A stretch of DNA of 64,000 nt, taken from positions 62,001 to 126,000 of the forward strand of contig NMRA01000024.1 in the NCBI GenBank assembly GCA_002633005.1, given 5' to 3'. Numbering within the stretch: position 1 is the stretch's first letter; each line of letters starts with the position of its first letter. The DNA comes from Phoronis australis (lineage: Eukaryota > Animalia > Phoronida). Position numbers and translations under genes: made by a program. Positions 1 through 11,994 of this stretch are shown here, in pieces. The notes under the pieces were generated by a model. That model was not told the DNA's origin. It did no database searches and was given only the letters and a program-made list of their open reading frames with translations.

Positions 1-262
1 CGAATGGATGAAAAACCGGCAGGACAGCATCACGTCACTAATAGAAGCCTAACTGCCAAATCATATGAAAATCCGTTGAGGCCTTCAAAGATAAGGAGGC
101 AAGCATAAAAAGCTAAAACTGCAGCCACTAAAGGCACGCCACTAAGGGCACGCCACTAGTCAGAGAGGTCCGAACTTCGTTGTCATTTGTCGTCAATTTT
201 ATAGGAACACATCTAGAAAATCCCATCAAGATCTTTGAGGGGTTTAAGAGATGCAGACGCCA
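1..262. repeat. Fragment of Helentron-associated/DINE-like non-autonomous element (internal tandem core repeats)
   Basis: Shares core motifs (ccaaat..atgaaaatccgtt..gg.cttt..aagata, aaaa.tgccactag) with the copies at 29337-29802 and 38850-39187. Confidence 0.55.
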
Positions 263-719
263 GCACTGGATGCCTGGACAGAGCTGACAGCAATATCCAG
301 TGATGTCGAAGCAAATTTACTGATCAACCACTTTCAAGTCTCCACCTAGACGTATTCTTTGTTTAGGTTCTAGAACTGAACATGGTAATTTTGCAGCCTT
401 CACAGGAAAAAAAACATCTTCAGCAACCATAAGACATTCCAAATTGTATGTAGCTGTTAATACTATGACATTCTCCCTGTTCTCTAAGTGAAGAGGAGAA
501 AATATGTTATCACAGAATTGTGTTACGGTATTAACTTTTCACTGCCTACTTTCAGTGCACAAGAGACAGCGAAGGACCTGATACACCATTTTCCCAGTGA
601 ACTGTCAACGCCATACAGTTCATTTTCCCATGTGTGTGCACTTTCTAAAACAAAATTAAAAATGATAAACTGTAAAGCAGTGCGTGCAAAAAGTTTCCTG
701 TAATATGAGAACAAAACTA

Positions 720-1320
720 ATGCATGGGTAGAAGCTAATTGGATCATGGATGGAAAAGGTGGATCCCATATGGCATTTTCGTCAAATGAAAACACAAGGA
801 TCAGACAACCGTCTGGAAACTGCATGGTCATTGAGTTTCTGATATGCTATTCTGAAGGCTTACAATCTGCAGATTGAACTACAATGCCCATTATTGGCTG
901 AGGATATTGAGCTTGACATTGAAAAATGTCTGCCTCCAGAACTTAACCGAATTTCTTAGTGTGCTGATGACTAGGAAAAGGCGTGTCAGCTGAAGTGAAA
1001 ATTTCAAGTGATTGCTTTGCTGTATGTAAAGTCATCATAAATGAAAAGCCGAAATTACCGAAGTGAGCTATAGCTCCCGATGACACTGGCATTTTTGATA
1101 TTCTGCTGAATTATACCTATACATTTGTCACGTCAATAAATTTGATTACAAAGCTGTACACAGAGTGCGGAAAGCAACAAAGTCCTTAGGGAAAGGATGA
1201 TTATGAATATCTACATGTGTCCTATAAATACACAAGAGAAGTTTGCACCAGTGAGTTTAAAAGTAATGGAATCTTGGCATTGACAGCGGTGAGAGTTATC
1301 ACTGTTTGAAAGAGTTCATC
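720..1320 (+). pseudogene. Heavily decayed transposase-like ORF fragment (possibly Academ-type)
   Basis: Frameshifted fragments LQCPLLAEDIELDIEKCLPPELNR/FLSVLMT, NEKPKLPK, NKF and NGIL occur in the order I recall for WPP..P..L..FL / K.PKH / LN+FGH / NGI motifs of large invertebrate DNA-transposon ORFs. Many stops. Family assignment is from memory only. Confidence 0.3.
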
Positions 1321-1974
1321 TGCCTCATGTGCGGTAAAGGTCGAAGCCTGGGTACAACATGAGGAACCCTGTCCAGCTGAAAATTGACCGTCAGACGGCT
1401 CTCGTCCGACGGTTGGAGTTTGCTAATGCGAACACAATAGCCCATTCAATTCAGGCCAGCTGCTTGGGCTGCTTGGTCACGTACGTAATCTCTTAATGAC
1501 ACCTCATTATGTCATAAAACTACGTGCCTGTCCACTGTTAGCAAAAAAACGGTTATCTTAAAACCATACCTATCTGACCGGATTTCTCGCGCAAAACTAA
1601 GCAGTTTAGAACTTCGAAATTTCTTTCTAGGCCAGAAAATAAAGTTTTTATTAATATTAAAATGTACCGCGTTTTGTGAGAGCAGAGCGTAGGAATTTAC
1701 AAAGGTCATTGTGATTAGTCTACATGCCACAACTTTTATTTCTATCTAAAAGATCAAATATTCCATAATAAATTTGTTTCAATAAAAACTAAGATGTAAA
1801 TTACTTCTATGAATACAAGATGTTACTCAATAAGAGAAATAAATTGTTAAAATTGTAATGGCAATTGAGAACTCGTTTTTGTGCGTAGGTGTACACTCGT
1901 CATTTTCCGAAGTAAACATCTCCACGTGGTTCAGTTGCGGGTTCCATGTGTTGTGAGTAGGTAGTGAATATCCT

Positions 1975-2167
1975 ATGGCGGATTTTTTCAAAGTAGGCGA
2001 AAAGTGCCAAGCTGTAGATGAGTGTGGTCACTGGGCAGACGCCGTGGTTGAGCGTGTAAGCTCAGATATCTGTTTTGTTAAGTTTCCTGGCTGGCCTGGA
2101 CGTGAAAGAGAGGTGGACGCCAGTGAAATTCGGCATCGTCTACTACCCAAAGCGCAAGCTGTTAGAG
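1975..2167 (+). CDS. Transposon gene exon 1: Tudor/chromo-barrel (Royal family)-like domain
   Basis: MADFFKVGEKCQAVDECGHWADAVVERVSSDICFVKFPGWPGREREVDASEIR fits the F.VG..V.A.D..G.W..A.V......V.F.GW pattern. Ends at donor G|gtaagt (phase 1). Confidence 0.7.
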
Positions 2168-3135
2168 GTAAGTACGAGGCTTACTCTAGTAGACAGGAGC
2201 AGAATAAAATCAGAATAGTGTGCATTTTAATATATTATTGTTGCGAGTTTAGTCTACTGTTCTTGTTATGAATGTTACGAGTGGAAAATTCCCTGTTCAT
2301 GTTCATGGCATGTTGGCAAAGTGCTTCTCGCAATCCCGCTCCTAGTAGGCCTAATGTTTTTGAGAGTTCCATTTAATCTGAAATGTAGGGGCTTAACGTT
2401 CATTCACGCTGGGGTTGAGTTGCACTTGCAAATGGGGTTTCAGTAGAGGGAAAATTAGAGTGTTAAACGGAAGGATTTTCGGATATTTCAATAAGTGGTG
2501 AAACCATTAAAAATATACAATAACTGCTTTTAAACGATCACCAACAAATTTGGAGTAGAACATCTTGAGAAACCTTGGTTCTACACTCGTATATACTAGG
2601 ATATTAACAGATTTGCAATTGCTGAGAAACTGTTGTTTGTTAAGATTTGATCACGTGATCAAATCCTGCCATCTTGATTGGATACTGCAAAAGTATAGTG
2701 CTCCCTATTAACTTGCTTATTTACACCTAAACTCATTTTGTGGTAGTGCTGAGTCTTTCAGGTCTCGACATTACGTTTTGTATAATTGTCCAATCTGACA
2801 AATTAAAATAAAATTTACTTGTCCCGAACTATTGCTAAAGTGGCCACGGTCATTCTGAAGGCATTTGTTCTCCATCTATTATATTGATGGAGGATTTCAC
2901 TTTTTTTCATTTCATCTGTTTTGCTTAATTTTTTCAGTTCTGTTATTAGGTTATTAGGCTTTGTAGCATTTGAGCTACTATAAAACCATACACAAACAGA
3001 TAATTTTTCGGCATGTTGGCAGCAAGAGGATCAGTGGTGGATCTGCATTGCAGTCTGCAATATCATAATAGGTGCCAACATTTTGTCTCGTAGAGCTGAA
3101 TGGGGGAGGTCAGGAGGAGTGTTTCCCCCCTTTCT

Positions 3136-4172
3136 CACGGGTGACAAACAACATGACTGCCGGTCCTCTAAACAAGATCTACGGGTATTAAATGGGACCG
3201 GCCCACCAGAAAATGGGACCGCCGTGGACTGACCTTGACCGTTGGGGATTGAAACTGTAATGACAAACAGGCTCAGATTTTTTACCGTTAGGCCTACACA
3301 GATCATACAATGGGGCTATATACGTATGCATATGTAGGTCTTGTGCCGATTAGTCCACCGAAATCTTTTGTGTGCTACAGGACACTTCGCTTTGTAATAC
3401 GTGGCGCTTTTGAGTTCAACTTCACCAGGCTCTGCTACTTATAAACAGTCGAAAGGTCAAAATTTAATAAATTTAACCACAATCCAACCACGTATGTCTT
3501 TGAGCTAAATAATTATAACTTTATCCTCTGCATAAGTTTTAGAACAAAATGAAAATCATTTTCTCCAATTTGACGTCTTAGTCAAGTAAAAAAATGTTCT
3601 GCTTCCCGAGTGAAGCATCGTCATAACTAGCCTTTGCGCGGCAAAGCTTTATACTGAATATACAGCTTTGCGCCGATGTGGGTAAAAAAATACATGTTAG
3701 GTCTTCACCCGGTGAATTAGTGTTATTAACAACACTCTTCCTTGAGTAAACTAAATTATTTATCAGCGCTCGAAAAAACTTGTTATTCTGTCGTTATTCT
3801 GCTGCTAAAATTGAAATGCGTACCTTTAGGTTGGCTCACATTGGCCGGTTCCTTTTTTGTGAGCTCTATGTGTTGACGTAAGTTTCACGACGAGGTGACG
3901 AGCAGAACTACCCGGGCTGTGGGGAATTTCGGCGATGTAACATAGCTCAATAATGCAGTTCTGCCAAGCTTTATTTTGGCGATTGACGTAACCGCTCAGC
4001 TAGCTGTGTCCGCAGTATCATACAAAGGCCTTGATAACTACATTATTGTTCAGTCCCCGGCGGTCCCGTTTTTGTGGTGGGGCGGTCATGTTTTTTGTTG
4101 CATCAGTCCTGTTTTAGGTGATTCGGTCTGATTTAGAGGAATGGCACGCAGTCATGTTGTTTCTTACCCGTG
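3136..4172. mobile_element. Non-autonomous CAC-ended DNA transposon nested in intron 1 of the large element
   Basis: Left end CACGGGTgacaaacaacatgactgc; right end reverse complement CACGGGTaagaaacaacatgactgc, with further inner inverted blocks (ccacca.aaaa.gggaccgccg.ggactga). Flanks tttct/cttct give a 5-bp TSD with 1 mismatch, or a perfect 2-bp CT. Confidence 0.8.
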
Positions 4173-4555
4173 CTTCTGTCCATGCTTTCAACTACAATAC
4201 TTTGCTAAAAGCCTGTTCACTCAAGACCAAAGTTTGAGGCATTGTTGTGAAATTCCATTCTGCACTGGTTTATGGCCCACAGCGTTTGTGAGCGACCCTG
4301 ATTCTTTTCGAAATGTTTATTTCACACTTTATATTTTGTGCAAAAGTTAATTTTGTTTGAAACAGAGTCTTCAGTTGCCCAAAAGATCAACTTCATGTTT
4401 CTTGTTAGCATTAACCACACTCTAATCTGATTGTTTTACAAATAAAGTTATGACTGTCTGAGTGATTCACTAAGGCTCGGATCAAAGTAATTTTCTTCAT
4501 TGCACAGTGGAGCTGGGTATATGTTATGAGATCTGACATATATGGCTTTTTTCAG

Positions 4556-4759
4556 TCAGTGGAGTCGTTAAAGGAACACGACAAAGAGGTCGCAAAGTGA
4601 GAGTGTCTTCCCATTGGAGGGGATTGGTAGAAGGCGACGTGGTGAACTACTCAACAGAATGTGGAGTCCAAACAGGGATTGTAAAATATGTAGATGTATT
4701 TAAGCAAGAAGTCACAACAGAAGACTTAACAGTGGTGCAATGTGATGACATAATGCCAG
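4556..4759 (+). CDS. Transposon gene exon 2 (possible second SH3/Tudor/KOW-like barrel)
   Basis: Acceptor ttttttcag|, donor G|gtacaa, phase 1-1, open and in frame with exon 1: ...HWRGLVEGDVVNYSTECGVQTGIVKYVDVFKQEV... Confidence 0.6.
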
Positions 4760-5326
4760 GTACAAACATCAGTCCAAAGTTCTTGTATTGGCTTGTTGTC
4801 ATCCCCTTTTATATCATGCCTCATTTTGAGACCCAGTTTGATGCGTGTTGTTGAGTGAGGAAATTACATGTTCAGTAAAATGTTGGCATGGTGCATAGCA
4901 TTATTCCTGCCAGTTGCTGTAGTGTTTCGCTATTTGATTGGTGCTAATTTGAGCAGCGTGATGGAGTAGTGGCATGTGAACATTTTCTGGATAATCAGTA
5001 CTATCTGTTGTAGTTGCACTTTGTTGTTGTAGCTTTTTTAAATGAAAGCTGTTTTCATTCATTTACTTGAAGTTTAAGTCCAGACACGGATGACTCCAAG
5101 GTGTGGTTAAATTGTATAAGACTTAGTGTTCACCAAGACTACTTTAAATATTACACAGTTGCAACGCCAGTGAAAAACTCAAACATGGCGTCATCACCAA
5201 TGTCTTAATGAACTTGCCATTTGCCACATTCGTGTGTGACCAACATCTTAGGGGTTTTTTGTTTGCGAAGTACACAAGCTTTATTGCTAAACACAGTTTT
5301 TGCATCTGTACTTTATACTTACATAG

Positions 5327-5427
5327 ATCAAGATGCTCCTGTGCCTGAACCACAAACCAAGAAAAAACAGCGGACTATGCTGCCAAAGGCTCATCTGGAG
5401 CAGTCTACGCAAACTGAAGGCATTGAG
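5327..5427 (+). CDS. Transposon gene exon 3 (linker with basic NLS-like TKKKQR)
   Basis: Acceptor acttacatag|, donor GAG|gtaatg, phase 1-0, open in the continuing frame. Confidence 0.55.
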
Positions 5428-5946
5428 GTAATGGGTCTTTCAGCTCCGTTTACAATTAGAACTATACGTAAGTCTTCATATTAGGGATTTGGAGTCGTAA
5501 ACCGTTATAGTAGAAAACTTTACATTATGCTTCTCATGATTTAGTTCGGAATGCACCATTGATTTGGTTTTTATAATAAGTGAAATGCGAGAAACGCATA
5601 GTTAAACACTAGCAAAACCTAAAGTATGCAAACAGTGCAACAATTTCCTGCCAATGCATGAACAGCAGACACAATTTGATGACCAATAGGTCTTGAAAAT
5701 TAACAGACAGGTTTCAGGCTGTTTGGGTCTGTTGACCCATAGACATATTTTTCTTAAATGAACCCTTTAGTAAGACTTAACTACTGAAAAAACTATGGGT
5801 GAAATTTTAATTTAGTACATTAAACAGGGCAGACATGCGTTTTCTGGAATATTGCCTACTGTTTGGGTAGAACTTATGAATTGTTACTGTTCAAAGCATG
5901 TTAATATTTCGTGCTGTAATCTAGCAATATGTTATTCTTGTTGTAG

Positions 5947-6027
5947 GACCACGGGACTGCATGTGGTGCTGGAAGAGCTGTCTCAACATTTATTGCCCAA
6001 GGTGTTACTGTTGGGTCAGTTATGAAA
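5947..6027 (+). CDS. Transposon gene exon 4
   Basis: Acceptor ttcttgttgtag|, donor AAA|gtaagt, phase 0-0, open (DHGTACGAGRAVSTFIAQGVTVGSVMK). Further exons may lie in the gap at 6085-6774. Confidence 0.5.
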
Positions 6028-7323
6028 GTAAGTGAATATGGTAGTGTTTTCTGCTCTAAAAGTTTTAAATTTCGTGGAACAGAANNNNNNNNNNNNNNNN
6101 NNNNNNNNNNNNNNNNNNNNNNNNNNNNNNNNNNNNNNNNNNNNNNNNNNNNNNNNNNNNNNNNNNNNNNNNNNNNNNNNNNNNNNNNNNNNNNNNNNNN
6201 NNNNNNNNNNNNNNNNNNNNNNNNNNNNNNNNNNNNNNNNNNNNNNNNNNNNNNNNNNNNNNNNNNNNNNNNNNNNNNNNNNNNNNNNNNNNNNNNNNNN
6301 NNNNNNNNNNNNNNNNNNNNNNNNNNNNNNNNNNNNNNNNNNNNNNNNNNNNNNNNNNNNNNNNNNNNNNNNNNNNNNNNNNNNNNNNNNNNNNNNNNNN
6401 NNNNNNNNNNNNNNNNNNNNNNNNNNNNNNNNNNNNNNNNNNNNNNNNNNNNNNNNNNNNNNNNNNNNNNNNNNNNNNNNNNNNNNNNNNNNNNNNNNNN
6501 NNNNNNNNNNNNNNNNNNNNNNNNNNNNNNNNNNNNNNNNNNNNNNNNNNNNNNNNNNNNNNNNNNNNNNNNNNNNNNNNNNNNNNNNNNNNNNNNNNNN
6601 NNNNNNNNNNNNNNNNNNNNNNNNNNNNNNNNNNNNNNNNNNNNNNNNNNNNNNNNNNNNNNNNNNNNNNNNNNNNNNNNNNNNNNNNNNNNNNNNNNNN
6701 NNNNNNNNNNNNNNNNNNNNNNNNNNNNNNNNNNNNNNNNNNNNNNNNNNNNNNNNNNNNNNNNNNNNNNNNNNGGGGGCAGCTTCGCTATAAGGGTACA
6801 ACTTACTGCTGGTTTTTCACAAGAAGGAAATGTACCTCCACGGAAACAGTTCCAGTGTTACCATGGTAACCGATATTGCAGTGTCGGTGCCGTTTTTACT
6901 GACATTGGTCATGAACCTATCATGTGATATCAAAATTGTTCAGAAACGATTCTGTTTGAAGCAGAAACTGGAGTAGAAAATTTGATCAAAATTGACTCGT
7001 TCCACACCAAGAAATTGCCTCATTTTGTCCCCAAGAACACTTCCCTTGTATCTCCTAAACCACCAAACTTTGTGGTGTCATACTTCACCCAATTTCTCTC
7101 ATCCCTAATGTGATTTATCAGGCTAAACATGGATCTGAATGGCTGACCCCCCACCTTGCCGCTTGTTGGCTGTACAGTGGTCGGTGGATCCGTGGACTGA
7201 TACTTAATAAGAAGTAAATTTTGTTAAGTAGTGTGTTTTTGATGGCTTGGCCTTCTCGCCTACTTTTTAAAAATCTGCCATTTTTTATGAACCTATGACT
7301 GCTACAAATCTTCCTTTTTTAAG

Positions 7324-8180
7324 GAATGGTATTTTATGCCAAGAGCATAATCATTTTTACTCTTGCGCAGTGGATGTATCTTTGGAACTATTCCATTATG
7401 CAATATATAGAGTTAGTGACATATTAGATGATAATGGCTTTTTAAATGCCTTACAACGATGTTGCCGATCCCAAGTAATGGATTGAATTGTAATACCAGG
7501 GAAGAGGTCTGGGACTACCTCATTAGTCAATGTCCTGCTGCCTTATCCCCTATTAGGGTAGGGGTGATGCGGAACTTCTGAGTGTTTTTCAACATTTGGT
7601 GCACTCATCAAGTATGTCCATAACAAAGTTGAATGTCGACTTCTCTTGTTCCTCTTGTGAAAGCTCTACTGCTAGATCTTTTTGTCTGCCGGGCTATCAC
7701 TATTTTGAGCAGTCATTAGGGGAGAAGTTGATGGCAGTGTTGTGGGGGTTTTGGATAAAATAATCAATAGATTCAAGGTAAAGAGTGTGCTGCAGACATG
7801 CCCCAACTGTTCAACCACTCTTACTGTTAGTCACTGTGCCTTTGACATGGCTGACTTTTTGATGTGTGAGCTTGGGTTGGATTTCAACCAACGGAATATG
7901 AATGTCCCCAACCCAAAGGTATCAGAACATATAATAATTAATGGCCAGCAGTATGTGTTGAGTGGTGCTGTGCAGATGGTTCCTGGTCATTTTGTTGTCA
8001 TTTGTCGTGTGGGAGATGCAGGTTATGCAGTCATAGATGACTGTAAAAGTCATGCATACCTGTACCCCACATTTGCCTCGGCTGTGGAAGGAAATTTGTC
8101 CACATCCAATTCGGGTGTGAAGAGATTGTCGCAAATGGACAAAGGAGTCCCATTGCTGCTTTATTCTACTGCCAAGAAGC
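7324..8180 (+). pseudogene. USP/C19-fold (or USPL1-like) cysteine peptidase domain of the transposon protein, disrupted
   Basis: Cys-box-like NGIL..HNHFYSCAVDVSLELF (Cys 7364-7366), a QDAxE-like GRGDAELL, two CxxC pairs (CSSC, CPNC) and His-box-like YVLSGAVQMVPGHFVVICRVGDAGYAVIDD (His 7988-7990, DD 8036-8041). Stop at 7484-7486 and at least two frameshifts near 7555 and 7720. Confidence 0.6.
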
Positions 8181-8763
8181 AGCAGAGAGATATTGCATTT
8201 AGTAAGTTGAGTACTTACTCTGAGATGGTGAATAAGTCTAAAAACCCTTGCCAGGCACATAGTACAGTGTTTTCAAGCCCAATACGAAAAAAATCCAAAG
8301 TGACCTCTAGTTTAATATCCTCCCCAGGCTACAAAGTAGGGAATGTGAAAAGCAAATTAGACCAGGGAAGTACTTGGAAAAGCCCAAAGCGTAAAGTTGT
8401 CCGTAAAACAAATGTAGCCGAATCTAGTGTAAATGTGATTAGAACCACGAATAGATTTACTCCTCTTGATTCAGATTCTCATGACAACACCTGTTAGTCT
8501 TCCTGTGAGTCTTCTCAGGTTCCAAGACACAACACCTCAAAGGTGAAGGTTCCCGAGAAAAAATCAAAACAAACATGTTCGAAAAAACTGTTCAAGTGTG
8601 GCCCATCAAATTTGGAAACTGCTGATATGCCGCATGCTGACGAAAGTAATTCTAAAATGGACAAACCAAACTTGAATCTGAATCAAAACTTGGTCACAAA
8701 GCAATACTTAGATACAAAACAGTTGGCACTTCGACAGATTCTGTGGAATAACGAACAATTGAC

Positions 8764-11700
8764 TTGCATAGTTTGTCTGCAACAAAGCAAGTTGTAATTG
8801 TTCCACTGTCTTTGTTTCCTGCGTGCAAATCGCATGTGGCAAATAAAGGTTGGTCTGGGATTGTGGGTTTCTTCACCAAAAATGGATTTGTTATGAATGA
8901 AATTCTGTTGCGATACAATAACGCTCAGGTGTCACATTTGTCATTTCGAGCATTCATAGCTTTAGCAGAGCATGGTAGAATTGGTTCTAAAGACAGTAGA
9001 GGGAAACTGAAACAGGAATTACTTGGAGTGGTGGAAGCCATTTCTGTAGGCAACTTTCGCCCAAGCACTGCAACGAATGCAGCAACTAATCAGAAATATT
9101 TGACTAAGAAAAGAAAAATTACAAACGTAATCAACACTGAATTTCAGAGTGATGTTGATTTGTTTCTGGATGCATTTTCTCAGCTTGTTGGGCAGTGTAG
9201 TCTAGAGGATAAAGAGGAAGACCCCGATGAAAAATCAGTCAGTCTTGGCAAGCGTGACCTTGTGAAATTGTTTCAAATGGTTAGTAAGGCATCATCAAGA
9301 GAAAAAGTGTTGATCGGTACCATTACAGATTTTTGGAAGTCAAAACATCCCTTTTCAGTTCATGACTTGATTCATATGGAAGAAAATATGAGTGGTCTTA
9401 GGCTCACAAAGGCTTTCAGAACAAAATTCAAGGGTTTAATGCCATCTAAAAAAGAAGAAGAAACTGCCAAACACATGTATCGAGACTAGTTTGCTAGTGT
9501 ACTTTTACCTCGGCGCACTGCCTCTGGATGGTGCGTTGATCCTCAAAGGCTTGTGGAAGTGCTAAAATATAAATATCATTTTATTCCTGCAAATGAGGAC
9601 TTCCATTTACGTATTTGGGGAGATGGGCGCCAAATCGGTGGCCGACATAGCGTTGTCATTGGCATTTCATTTGTGAATCACGAGCTCAAGCTACGCAATA
9701 TATCCTACCATGACCCACGTTCTGTATTCCCAGTTTTGATTTGTTACGAGTCTGATTCCAGGGACAACTTAGAGGAAAATTTAACTAAGCCTCCTTTCCT
9801 GGAAAACTGGTTAAGGGAATTGCCTGACTCTTACAAGATTTATCTCTGTGGTGATCATATGTTTCTCCAGAGTGTGATTGCTGACACTAATGAAATGAGC
9901 CCTACTTCTGATGAAGGCTGGAATCTCTACTCACCGTCCAAAACTATTGAAAAGAGAAATGTAGCTACAAATGGACTGCGAACAGAATTACCTGTTCCTT
10001 TTGATAGAGATCTTCCAAATTCTCTTTTACCATCAATACCATTATCACGAATACTTTTTTGCATTCTGCATGGCATTATTCGTATTGTTGAGAAGTTGTT
10101 GAATTTAGAAGTTCAATTAATTTTTTCTGAGGCACAGAAATTGGAGCAAGCAAAAGATCAACTGAATGCTGAAGACCTCATTCAAAATTTGCAGTCTAAC
10201 ATTAATACGCGACATGTCAGACAGGGCAATTTTAGAATTTTGTTTGACAAAAGTGGGAAACCAGAATCGATTTCATTGAATAAAGATTCAGCTCTGGCAA
10301 TAATAGCTCCAGGTGCTGGTAATGCTGTTCCTCATGCTTTGCAGAATGTTGTATTAGATAGGCCTGTTGACTGCAGTTTAGAGGAGAATGTACGCAATTG
10401 CCTGAATCTGCCTGAAATCTTGAGCGAATTTGAAATTGTTGAATTGATTTTCACCAGTCTGCATCGCATGTGTGAAATACTTCAAAGAGATCCAGAACCT
10501 AGTAAGTTAATTGAGGGGAAACCAATTGGTTCTTTGAAAGTGTCTGACTATATGTTTGGCTTCTGCAATCAAGAAATAGAAGATTATAAATTTCATGCAG
10601 AGCGGTTTTACCATCTCGTATGTCTTCGTTACACTCATAAAAATCTTACTCCTTATATGTGCAAGTTCATAGACTATGGATCATTCTTCCTGAAGAATCT
10701 CTCCATTCCTTTGTCAAGGTTTCATGCTGAAGCTGGAGAGCACTTGAATTATGTTCATAATTGTTTTTATTTTGAGCATACAAACCGTCATGGGGGGAAA
10801 GCTAAACGTGACCCATTGACAGATATTTTATGTAACATGTGGAAACAACTATACTATGGAACATTATCTAGTGATTCTGGTGATGCATCTAAGGAGTTTC
10901 TTATTTATGTCAAGCAACACTTAGCGGCAACACAGATTCAAAAGGCTTGGCGTGGTTATATGACTCGCAAGAAATTGAATATTACCCAAGAAATGTTGCT
11001 TGATGCACCCTGACCATTAGATCTTTTGAGACATGCAGCTGCGAACATTTCTCATTTATCTGTTAGCGTGAAAACTTGTAATAACAATCTGTGCTTTAAA
11101 GGTTTGACCTTCATCATGGTTGGTTCTGTCAAACGTTATCATGGCAGAAAATACACTCATCAACAAATTCAAGAAATTGTTATTACCAATGGTGGCCGTA
11201 TTCGCAAGAACTTGCCCACTATATCTAAGGGAAGGTCAACTAAGAAATATTACGTTCTGTTTGAGCCTCCATCCAATTCGAAATATCCTGCTAGCATAAA
11301 ACTTGCAGTACGAGGTGGGCATCATGTTTTGGCTTATTCATTTGTTTTTGATTCTGTTGATAAGAAAAGTCTCGAAAATCTAGACAATCACAAGGTGGAC
11401 CTCAGTTGTTTGAAAAGACGCATAACCGAGGTGTATTCCATTAATAGACAGCATTTCAATAAAGGGAAAAGGTTCATAACGCTAATGAAACAAAAGAGGG
11501 TTACCAAAAGCAAACGTATTAAACGATTAAGGTTACCTAGAAATTTTGCTACTTTATATGCAACACTTATGATTCGTAGTCAGCCAAGTAACACTGAATT
11601 TTGTCAGGCAAGAGACAGGTTCAATACGTTGCTGAAACAGGTCAAGCACCTTCCTAGTCCTGAGAAACAATTATTTAATGCAAAATATGAGGAGATAAAA

Positions 11701-11808
11701 GAAAAGCAGCATTTGCAAAATAACACCATTATCACAACTTCAGCTTACAACAATTTTGACACTTTTGCTTTCAAGTGTGCATTGGCAGATTCATCTTTTA
11801 TAAACTAA
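8764..11808 (+). pseudogene. Transib/RAG1-like DDE transposase core + IQ + BRCT + HMG-box-like C-terminus; one frame broken by two nonsense codons
   Basis: ORFs 8764-9489, 9553-11013 and 11026-11808 share a frame and are separated only by TAG 9487-9489 and TGA 11011-11013. Motifs: IWGDG (D 9622), LCGDHMFL (D 9853), CILHGIIRIVEKLL (C(2)H, 10060-10071), TPYM..FHAEAGEHLN (E 10738), IQ motif AATQIQKAWRGYMTRKKL (10924-10977), BRCT-like CFKGLTFIMVG..IQEIVITNGG..FVFDSV and HMG-like LPRNFATLY..KHLPSPEKQLF. Confidence 0.75.
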
Positions 11809-11994
11809 GTTATGATTCTGGCTGTGGTTGTGTGGGTCTTAGAAAACTCTTGACATGTAGTCACTAATTGGTCCTGTTTTGCTACATTAGTGGCAGATTC
11901 CACTGGAATTTACTTTCCGAAAATATATGCTTTTGTCAGGTTTTGCTAAATGTACATACTTGTTTATATGGTCCTACATTAGGCTACATAACTG

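Noticed and set aside
6016-6927. Long ORFs in the track spanning N-runs (also near 28877, 38990 and 59115)
   Set aside because: Artefacts of assembly gaps (6085-6774, 24735-24752, 28898-29336, 39188-39743, 59124-59694).
9487-11013. Programmed stop-codon read-through or an alternative genetic code in the transposase
   Set aside because: Stops of different types (TAG, TGA) plus frameshifts upstream indicate ordinary decay, and ADAM17 exons translate cleanly with the standard code.
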